This document shows positions 16,983 through 22,881 of a stretch of 32,000 nt of DNA, piece by piece. The number at the start of each line of letters is the position of its first letter. Position 1 is the first letter of the stretch. The notes under the pieces were generated by a model, which searched no databases, had not been told where the DNA came from, and saw only the letters and a list, made by a program, of their open reading frames with translations. The translations under genes and the position numbers were made by a program. The DNA lies in contig JAZDEL010000004.1 in the NCBI GenBank assembly GCA_043808785.1, positions 90,001-122,000 on the forward strand, written 5' to 3'. The stretch is from Candidatus Iainarchaeum sp. GTDB lineage: Archaea > Iainarchaeota > Iainarchaeia > Iainarchaeales > JAZDEL01.

Positions 16983-17366
16983 GTGAAGGGATGGGCGAAA
17001 GGGCGGCGCAATGCGGGTGATGCAATGAATGAAAACGGAAATGTGATAATTTTCATAATAATCGGCCTTGTTGCGATAGCGGCACTGCCTCCGATAATCC
17101 TCTCGATTTTCCCCGAGGCGAAGATACTTTTCCAGATACTGATGATTTTCACTATTTACTCGGCAGTGCGCGGCTACTTGGGTTCGGGGCCGCTGACACT
17201 TGTAATTTCCGCTGTGCTGATTTATTACATAGCGTTCAAATACGTGATAATAGTTTCCGCATTGTGGGCGTTCCAGATACTGCTGATGTTCGGGTTCACT
17301 TCGGTTATTGTCTGGGGAATAGGCACGAGCACAAGGAACCTGCAGATGCCGAAACCCGGGGGGTAG
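16983..17366 (+). CDS. small polytopic membrane protein P2 (paralog-like of P1)
   Basis: The likely start is the ATG at 17025, preceded by the SD-like GGTGAT (MNENGNVIIFIIIGLVAIAAL...). It has three hydrophobic segments. The loop AVRGYLGSGPLTLVIS resembles P1 FVRGNLGDSALSWIVI. Confidence 0.65.
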   Translation: MKGWAKGRRNAGDAMNENGNVIIFIIIGLVAIAALPPIILSIFPEAKILFQILMIFTIYSAVRGYLGSGPLTLVISAVLIYYIAFKYVIIVSALWAFQILLMFGFTSVIVWGIGTSTRNLQMPKPGG

Positions 17367-17476
17367 GGAAAGGCTGCATGCACAAACTGCGCGCTCGGGG
17401 TTGCCAAGCAGCGGCGCATGCCGCACGGGCGGCAATGCGGGCGGGAAACCGCGCCGCAAACGCGCGGAACTAAAGG

Positions 17477-17484
17477 TTTATAAT
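17477..17484 (+). promoter_or_regulatory. TATA-like box for P3
   Basis: TTTATAAT (within AAGGTTTATAATTA) lies about 33 nt upstream of the ATG at 17517. Confidence 0.4.
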
Positions 17485-17516
17485 TACCTGAAAACCAATA
17501 TGATTACGGCGTTCTT

Positions 17517-17780
17517 ATGGCTGCGATAGTACTCCAAAGCGCGATAATGGACAACATCCGCATAGTCATAACCCTTATCGTGTTTGTCTGGGTTTTCGGG
17601 TGGGCGAAGGAAAACACCGGGAGCGCGAAGCTTGCGATTGTTTTCGCGCTGATTGTGATTTACCTTACTCTCTGGCAGTTCCCCCAGCTTGTGTGGATTA
17701 TGGTTGCAATGTTCGTGCTTGCCGCGTTCGGCAAGGATTTCTTCGCGAAACTCAATCCTTTCCAGGAGAAGGGGTGGTAA
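17517..17780 (+). CDS. small membrane protein P3 (87 aa, 3 hydrophobic segments)
   Basis: MAAIVLQSAIMDNIRIVITLIVFVWVFGWAKENTGSAKLAIVFALIVIYLTLWQFPQLVWIMVAMFVLAAFGK has the same TM / basic-polar loop / TM / TM layout as P1 and P2. Confidence 0.65.
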   Translation: MAAIVLQSAIMDNIRIVITLIVFVWVFGWAKENTGSAKLAIVFALIVIYLTLWQFPQLVWIMVAMFVLAAFGKDFFAKLNPFQEKGW

Positions 17781-17912
17781 TGCTTGAGCCTGAAACTGCA
17801 CATGCGCAAATGGTTCGGGGTTCCGGAACCGTGCATGCGCAAAGGGGGCTGGTGAATTTGGAGCCGGCATGGAACCTGCGGCTGTGCGTTTGCCGCGCAG
17901 GGGGGTGGTGAA

Positions 17913-18248
17913 TTGGACACTTTCACCTACCTCATAGCCATCCTGCTGATGATGGTTGCCATGCAATACAACCAGAACTGGGTTATTGCAGCAACAGTGC
18001 TCCTGCTCACGCTTACCCAGCGCTCGGTTTCAACAGCGCTGCTGCTTATTGTTGCCGCCGGCGCGGTGTATTTCGTGAGCACCAGCGGGCTTTCCTCCAC
18101 AATGTGGCCTGTGCTTATTTTCGGGCTCATAACCTTATCCCTCATACTCGGCATGGGCGGAAAGCCGAAGCAGCCCGAGATGTACGGCCCCGAAGGATAT
18201 GGGGACCTGTTCGGCGGCGGGGGAATGGGCGGCATGGGCGGGGGCTGA
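17913..18248 (+). CDS. small membrane protein P4 (111 aa) with a Gly/Met-rich tail
   Basis: TTG start directly after GGGGGGTGGTGAA (SD-like). It has three hydrophobic segments and the tail GKPKQPEMYGPEGYGDLFGGGGMGGMGGG. Confidence 0.6.
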   Translation: MDTFTYLIAILLMMVAMQYNQNWVIAATVLLLTLTQRSVSTALLLIVAAGAVYFVSTSGLSSTMWPVLIFGLITLSLILGMGGKPKQPEMYGPEGYGDLFGGGGMGGMGGG

Positions 18249-18316
18249 ACCGCGCCAGTGCCGAACCCGAATAAATGCATTGATTGCGGGATGTGAACCT
18301 GTGCTTGCAACATGGC

Positions 18317-18340
18317 GGAAACCGTACAGGGCGGTTTTTT
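18317..18340 (+). terminator. hairpin plus T-run after P4
   Basis: GGAAACCG-TACAGGG-CGGTTTTTT: a 6-bp perfect stem (AAACCG/CGGTTT), extendable with G-U pairs, followed by a T6 run. Confidence 0.4.
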
Positions 18341-18341
18341 G

Positions 18342-18659
18342 ATGCGCATGCATATCGTGCTTGCCCTGCTCCTTGCAGCGCTTCTCCTTGCGCAGGCGGG
18401 CGTGATTTGGGCTGCGGCTTTTGCTGCGATAGGCGCTGCCGCTGTCCTGCTTTCCGCATTCCTTGACGGAACCGTGAAATTGGGGAAGGCGTTCGGAAGG
18501 GGCGTGAAGCAGGATTTGGGGAACGAGTGGAACGGAATAGAGGGCTCGAAGCCTAAGCCTGCGAAGTTTGAAGATGCTGCGGAAATTGTGCACGGCATTG
18601 CCTCAAGGCTTGCGGACGAGTCCAAAACCGAGAAAGCGGTGAAAGTTTTCGACAAGTGA
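18342..18659 (+). CDS. small membrane or secreted protein P5 (105 aa from ATG 18342; ORF opens at 18312)
   Basis: The N-terminus MRMHIVLALLLAALLLAQAGVIWAAAFAAIGAAAVLLSAF is signal-peptide/TM-like and is followed by a charged amphipathic C-terminal half. The upstream ATG at 18312 overlaps the terminator-like hairpin. Confidence 0.6.
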   Translation: MRMHIVLALLLAALLLAQAGVIWAAAFAAIGAAAVLLSAFLDGTVKLGKAFGRGVKQDLGNEWNGIEGSKPKPAKFEDAAEIVHGIASRLADESKTEKAVKVFDK

Positions 18660-18665
18660 TTTTTT

Positions 18666-18824
18666 ATGAGCGGGCACGGTGATGCGCACGGCGGGCATGC
18701 AAAGGAGAGCCGCGCGCCTCCTCCGCCCCCGAAAAAAGGGCAGGATGTTGTTGCATGGGCAGGGCAGGGCTGCAGCAATATGCTCAACAATTTCCAGAAA
18801 CTGATGAGGAAGAAGTTCTGGTGA
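18666..18824 (+). CDS. possible 52-aa small protein with a His-rich N-terminus
   Basis: My own translation is MSGHGDAHGGHAKESRAPPPPPKKGQDVVAWAGQGCSNMLNNFQKLMRKKFW*. The ATG follows a T6 run directly. There is no homology support. Confidence 0.25.
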   Translation: MSGHGDAHGGHAKESRAPPPPPKKGQDVVAWAGQGCSNMLNNFQKLMRKKFW

Positions 18825-18859
18825 GGCGGCGGGAACTTTCCTGCCTGCTGTGCGGCGGC

Positions 18860-19543
18860 TTATTTCCCGCCCATCTCGGCAAGCACTTTCCTGTCCGTCT
18901 CTAGTATTTTTTTAAGGAGCGCCTGCGTTGCGGAACTTGCCGCGCGCAGGTCGGATAACTGCAGTTCAATCGCGTCAAGCCTTTCCCTTACGCGCCTTAA
19001 TTCAACAGAGGGCTCCTGTATCACGACATCCCCGCGCGGCGCATCCATCTTCTCGTGCAGGCCCCTCAGCCCCTCTCCGAATCCGTCAATCTTCTCCCCC
19101 TGCTCCTCGAGCATTGTTTCAGCCGTGGACATGCGCATTGCCCTGTCGGCGCGCTCGTCGTCCAGATGGCGCTTTATTTTCTCCGCGGCCTTTGCAGCGA
19201 TGCGCTCCTGTATCTCCTCCTCGGCATCCGCGCTTTCTTCATCCGCGCCTCCCCCATCCTCGGCGCCCGCTTCATCCCCTTCGGCGCCTTCGGGTTCCGG
19301 CTCTTCCTCTTCATCATCAGCAGCCGTGGTTCGCCGCCCTCCTCCCCCTGCGCCTTTGCCCGAACCGCGCCCTCCGCTGCCGCGCGGCGCCTCTTTTCCC
19401 TTGCCCTGCGCCTCGGCAATCATCTGCTCCGCTTCCTTGTCATCAAGGCCTATATCGCGAAGCGTGGCCTTGATTGTTTCGTCATCAATGCCCGAAGAGT
19501 ACATGCGCTTTATTGTTTCGAGGACTATTTCCTTGCTTACCAT
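18860..19543 (-). CDS. acidic low-complexity / coiled-coil protein (227 aa), function unknown
   Basis: ATG start with a TATA-like CATATATAG on the minus strand at 19575-19583. The protein has an N-terminal small helical region, a Gly/Arg stretch, then an Asp/Glu/Ala-rich stretch (DDEEEEPEPEGAEGDEAGAEDGGGADEESADAEEE), then heptad-like segments (LRRVRERLDAIELQLSDLRAASSATQALLKKILE). Confidence 0.75.
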   Translation of the reverse strand: MVSKEIVLETIKRMYSSGIDDETIKATLRDIGLDDKEAEQMIAEAQGKGKEAPRGSGGRGSGKGAGGGGRRTTAADDEEEEPEPEGAEGDEAGAEDGGGADEESADAEEEIQERIAAKAAEKIKRHLDDERADRAMRMSTAETMLEEQGEKIDGFGEGLRGLHEKMDAPRGDVVIQEPSVELRRVRERLDAIELQLSDLRAASSATQALLKKILETDRKVLAEMGGK

Positions 19544-19688
19544 TCAAACCACGCACCGAACCCCTGAGATGCGCCTATATATGCGCGGAAGGCATATAAA
19601 AAACTATTGGGCGCGGGGAAAGGCGGAGGAAACAAAAACAAAAAACGCACGGTTCGTGGTTTGCGGGGTTTGGGGGTTTGCGCGCAGG

Positions 19689-19700
19689 TTTAAATATATT
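19689..19700 (+). promoter_or_regulatory. TATA-like box, apparently leaderless transcript for the 19719 gene
   Basis: TTTAAATATATT is centred about 25 nt upstream of the ATG at 19719. Confidence 0.45.
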
Positions 19701-19718
19701 GAAAGACAACTTATTTCC

Positions 19719-20393
19719 ATGCCTGTGAAACCGCTGCCACCCGAGCTTGTCAATAGGCTGAGAAAAGCCGCGAAGAAGCTTGACAGCCTGCACCTGAAAA
19801 TGAAGAATATGGACCACAGGGGCAAACATGGATATGGCCGTGTGAGGGAGATACGCCTGAATAAAAATAAAGGCGCGGAAGTTGTCATAAAAAGAACCCA
19901 CGGATTGGACCGAACACATGGAATGAGCGCGGACGAAGTAATCTCATGCATAGAAAATAAAGTAGATGAACACAACAAGGGGCTTGAAAACTTCTCCAAC
20001 CGTCCTAAAAGAGATGTGGGCGTATGGAAGAAGATGTGGCAAAAGGTATGGCGCAGCAAACAACAAACAATTGAGGTTGGCCCAAACTACATCCTACGCA
20101 AACCATTCGCACATGCAATCGGCAAAGACCTTATTGCGATGGAAAGAACGGGTTGCCCCAGCCTGAGAGAAGTATTGGGCGACAGATTGCCTTATGGCGG
20201 CACTCGTGAAAAAACAATAAGAGGCGCTACTTTCTTCGAAGAGATTAAGAAAAAACACAAGGTTACCGATGAAGAGCTAATAAATGCCACTCTAGAGGTC
20301 TGTGGAAGAACAGACATAGACCCCGACAATATGTTGCTTTTGGGATATGAAAAAGGGAAATTTATTTTCATGCCCCTGCTGGATTATTGGTAA
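19719..20393 (+). CDS. 224-aa protein with protein-kinase-like motif order (minimal or truncated PKL fold?), function unknown
   Basis: The internal ATG at 19719 is chosen because the upstream part of ORF 19125-20393 is antisense to the 18860-19543 gene and is Ser/Pro/Ala low-complexity. Motifs in order are GKHGYGRV, VVIK, DLIAMERTGCPSLREVL, DIDPDNMLLL and LLDYW-end. The region is visibly A/T-richer than its neighbours. Confidence 0.7.
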   Translation: MPVKPLPPELVNRLRKAAKKLDSLHLKMKNMDHRGKHGYGRVREIRLNKNKGAEVVIKRTHGLDRTHGMSADEVISCIENKVDEHNKGLENFSNRPKRDVGVWKKMWQKVWRSKQQTIEVGPNYILRKPFAHAIGKDLIAMERTGCPSLREVLGDRLPYGGTREKTIRGATFFEEIKKKHKVTDEELINATLEVCGRTDIDPDNMLLLGYEKGKFIFMPLLDYW

Positions 20394-20434
20394 TTCCCGC
20401 CAGCCAAACCGCCTCCTCCGCAAACCCGCAGCCT

Positions 20435-20518
20435 GCGCTAATTGGCTGTAGCCAATTGCGCCCATTTTGGCGCGCTATTCGGCTTGAGCCGAATGCGCCC
20501 ATTTGGCAACAGCCAAAT
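20435..20518. repeat. tandem 37-nt palindrome-containing units plus a second palindrome, upstream of the HerA-like gene
   Basis: Unit 1 is GCGCTA-ATTGGCT-GT-AGCCAAT-TGCGCCCATTTT (20435-20468). Unit 2 is GCGCTA-TTCGGCT-TG-AGCCGAA-TGCGCCCATTT (20472-20504). They are followed by TTTGGC-AACA-GCCAAA (20502-20517). Confidence 0.6.
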
Positions 20519-20557
20519 CGGACGAGCCAAAATAGGGCGGGTTCGGCAAACCCGCAT

Positions 20558-20580
20558 AACCGCGGGCGGTTTTTGTTTTT
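20558..20580 (+). terminator. hairpin plus T-rich run downstream of the 19719-20393 gene
   Basis: AACCGC-GG-GCGGTT is followed by TTTGTTTTT. It is also part of a repeated intergenic module (see findings), so a terminator role is uncertain. Confidence 0.3.
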
Positions 20581-20601
20581 ATGCTTCGCTTTGCGCACTG
20601 C

Positions 20602-20617
20602 AAATTAATAAATACTT
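20602..20617 (+). promoter_or_regulatory. TATA-like box for the HerA-like gene
   Basis: AAATTAATAAATACTT lies 40-65 nt upstream of the candidate starts GTG 20658 and ATG 20667. Confidence 0.4.
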
Positions 20618-20657
20618 AATCCGCCATATGGTAATGCCTTAAAAAGCGGAAAAGGGC

Positions 20658-22205
20658 GTGCGCGCTATGGAACTCTTCAAGATAGGCTACGGGCCGTGGA
20701 AGAAGCTCTTCGAGGGCGACTACCAGGGGCACACTATGGGCATTTACACGAACCCGGAAAGTGTTGTGCTTGCGGTTATTTATGAAATAGAGGGCAACAA
20801 GGCAACAGGCGCCGTTGTGGAGCTTTTCAAGACCTTTTTCGCGATAGGGGAAACCGAGGCCTTCGTTGAAACCCTGCCGCGCGAAGTAATTATGCTGAGC
20901 AAGCACTCCGAAAAGGAGAGCTTCAAGTTCATGCTGATTGCATCGAAACCCGAGTATGTGAGGTGGAGCGAGAGCGTTTTCATCGAGGAGGTCGACAGGC
21001 TGCTCAAGAGGCTGAACACCTCCGCAACCATGATAAAGGACGTTTCAAAGGCATATGATTTGCAATTGAAGGAGCTGGGCGAATGCTCGGAAACGGTTAA
21101 GGGCGCGTTCTTTGCGCAGCCGCTGCTTATCCCCTCGGTTGCATCGAGCGTTGCCTCTGCCCCCGCTTTCGGCGCAGGCACCGAGGAGGAAAGCGCGCCG
21201 AACGTCGGCACAGGGACATCGAAGGGCGAAATAATAATGGGCCTGACAAAGGAGAGGAAGGAGGTGCTTGAACCATTGGGGCTTTTCACAAAAACCGCGG
21301 TTTTCGGCGGAACGCCGAAAGACAGGAAGCACGTGCTGCACATACTTGCGGAAAGCGCGATGCTTTCCAATGTGCCTGTGATTGTTTTCGACTGGAACAA
21401 CGAGTTTTCGGGATTGGGGCAGTCATCTGAAAGCAGGGACGAGCTTGAGAAATACAAGGTGGATGCGGAACCGATAGGCCTGCCGCTCAAGCACTTCCGG
21501 CTCTTTAACGAGGTTGTTGTTGACCTGAACATGATAAACCCCGAGGGAATTTCGCAGATGTTCGGGATAGGCAGGAACGTTGTAAGCAAGATTATTTCCG
21601 ACACACTGAGGGCGAACACGGTGAAGGGCATAACCGATTTGGGGGGCAAGGTAAATGCAATAGAGCCCGGAGAGGAGCCGAGCGCATACCAGATAAGGAG
21701 GGCTGTGCGCGTGCTAAGGGTTATAGGGCTCCGTTACCCCGACCTTTTCGAAGGGAGCAACGATATGGAGGAGATGTCGAAGGGCTGGATGAAGGGTTTG
21801 GGGAGGGCTGCATTGCTGCACCTGCATACCGGAGATGCGAGGGTTAACCTCCTTGTCACGCACTCCATTCTCAGGTCTTTGCAGAAATATTACGCAAAGC
21901 AGGGCGAAACAAGGAAAGTGAAGGCAATGCTCATAATGCCCGAATGCGGAATGATGTTCCCGAGGAACCCGAAAAACATCCTCTCGCAGGAGGCGCCCGA
22001 GGTGCTGGTTGACATAAGCGGAAAATACGGGATAGGGTATGCGATAAGCGACGAGAAGCCCATAGATTTGGCTACCGCGGTTATAGAGAACACGGAGGCG
22101 AAGATAGAGATTGTGAAGGGCAACGATGCGGGGGTGCAGTTGAGGGACAGGAAAAGTTACAGGGTTTTCATACGGCCCGCGCTGAGCATGTGCACGGAGA
22201 AATAA
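20658..22205 (+). CDS. HerA/DUF87-like P-loop NTPase homologue with degenerate nucleotide-binding motifs (515 aa)
   Basis: TAVFGGTPKDRKHVLHILAESAMLSNVPVIVFDWNNEFSGL aligns by eye to the HerA P-loop region (..G.TGSGKS......vlIfDphgEY). KAMLIMPECGMMFP aligns to llviEEAH.f.P. SGKYGIGYAISDEKPIDL aligns to GRKyGlGlll.sQRPsdl. An ATG at 20667 is an alternative start. Confidence 0.75.
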   Translation: MRAMELFKIGYGPWKKLFEGDYQGHTMGIYTNPESVVLAVIYEIEGNKATGAVVELFKTFFAIGETEAFVETLPREVIMLSKHSEKESFKFMLIASKPEYVRWSESVFIEEVDRLLKRLNTSATMIKDVSKAYDLQLKELGECSETVKGAFFAQPLLIPSVASSVASAPAFGAGTEEESAPNVGTGTSKGEIIMGLTKERKEVLEPLGLFTKTAVFGGTPKDRKHVLHILAESAMLSNVPVIVFDWNNEFSGLGQSSESRDELEKYKVDAEPIGLPLKHFRLFNEVVVDLNMINPEGISQMFGIGRNVVSKIISDTLRANTVKGITDLGGKVNAIEPGEEPSAYQIRRAVRVLRVIGLRYPDLFEGSNDMEEMSKGWMKGLGRAALLHLHTGDARVNLLVTHSILRSLQKYYAKQGETRKVKAMLIMPECGMMFPRNPKNILSQEAPEVLVDISGKYGIGYAISDEKPIDLATAVIENTEAKIEIVKGNDAGVQLRDRKSYRVFIRPALSMCTEK

Positions 22206-22268
22206 AATCGCGGCTGCAGGGTTTGCCTGAACCGCATGGAGAAATAAAATAAAAAACAAAAATTCGGG

Positions 22269-22691
22269 TTATTTTTTCCCTGTTTTTTTGCCGAGTTTCT
22301 TCTCGACTATTTCCTCCACATCTTTCGCAGTTACGAATTCCACGGGGTTTATGGAATCAAGCAGGTATTTTATCTCCTGCACGCTTTCAGCTGTGGCGCT
22401 TTTATCCTTTACCCTGTTCAGCAAATCCTGCATATCCGCGTGCGACGCCGAGATGGAGGAAACTTCCTGCGAAAGCCTCGCTACCTCGTTCTGCAAATCC
22501 GCAACTTCCTTTCCGCTTGCCCCTGCCGCGCCCGAAATTCCGCCAGCCACGAGCTCCCTTACCTTCCTGTTCAGCACGATAAGGTTCCTGCCGAGGATTT
22601 TCTCGTTCCTCACTATGTATTTCAGTTTCTGGGAAATAATCAGTATGGAGGCGTTGAGCGCGTGGATGTCGCGCACGCTTTTATTTGCCAT
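22269..22691 (-). CDS. coiled-coil protein (140 aa from ATG 22691; ORF extends to GTG 22733), function unknown
   Basis: MANKSVRDIHALNASILIISQKLKYIVRNEKILGRNLIVLNRKVRELVAGG...EVADLQNEVARLSQEVSSI... is heptad-like with a Lys-rich C-terminus. Confidence 0.7.
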   Translation of the reverse strand: MANKSVRDIHALNASILIISQKLKYIVRNEKILGRNLIVLNRKVRELVAGGISGAAGASGKEVADLQNEVARLSQEVSSISASHADMQDLLNRVKDKSATAESVQEIKYLLDSINPVEFVTAKDVEEIVEKKLGKKTGKK

Positions 22692-22729
22692 GTCCGCGGG
22701 GCCCGACCTCTGAACCCTTCTTTCGTGCA

Positions 22730-22854
22730 CCAAAACAAATCACTTCCGCATCCTGCCGCCGAAATGCGCCAAAACAAACCACTCCGCTTGCGGGTTCGCC
22801 CTGTTTGCCGCGCCAAACCCATTCCGCGGCGCGGCGGAACAAATCACTACATTA
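22730..22854. repeat. direct repeats AAACAAA(T/C)CACT in the divergent intergenic region upstream of polB
   Basis: CCAAAACAAATCACTTCCGC (22730-22749), CCAAAACAAACCACTCCGC (22769-22787), the shortened CCAAACCCATTCCGC (22813-22827) and GGAACAAATCACTAC (22837-22851). Confidence 0.5.
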
Positions 22855-22881
22855 AAATACGACCTGCTGCTTAAAAATATA

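Noticed and set aside
16708-17473. Alternative-frame + and - ORFs within the P1-P3 region (16708-16980, 16475-17152, 16923-17459, 17264-17473).
   Set aside because: They overlap the membrane-protein frames and encode Arg/His/Ala-rich low complexity. The short MRAGNR peptide at 17435 reflects the repeated nucleotide motif, not a gene.
17927-18790. 287-aa minus-strand ORF (with 18135-18593 and 18142-18459) across P4, P5 and the 52-aa ORF.
   Set aside because: The product is Pro/Ala/Ser/Cys-rich with no motifs. The + strand ORFs give clean hydrophobic-helix patterns and have start, SD and terminator-like signals.
19125-19718. N-terminal 198 codons of the 422-aa + strand ORF 19125-20393.
   Set aside because: This part is antisense to the well-formed 18860-19543 gene and encodes Ser/Pro/Ala low complexity. 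A TATA-like box at 19689-19700 and the ATG at 19719 give a sensible leaderless gene, so only 19719-20393 was kept.
20780-21649. 289-aa minus-strand ORF inside the HerA-like gene, and 21714-22259 (-).
   Set aside because: They are antisense to a frame with clear HerA-family scaffold similarity and have no motifs of their own.
15104-22260. The whole stretch, or the whole window, as a provirus or integrated plasmid (TnpB, small membrane proteins, FtsK/HerA-superfamily ATPase, intein-bearing PolB).
   Set aside because: There is no integrase, capsid, portal, terminase, Rep or att-site evidence. The PolB has the standard replicative family-B motif set rather than a protein-primed type, and the HerA-like protein lacks a functional P-loop. 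An extrachromosomal origin cannot be excluded from 32 kb alone, but nothing positively supports it.
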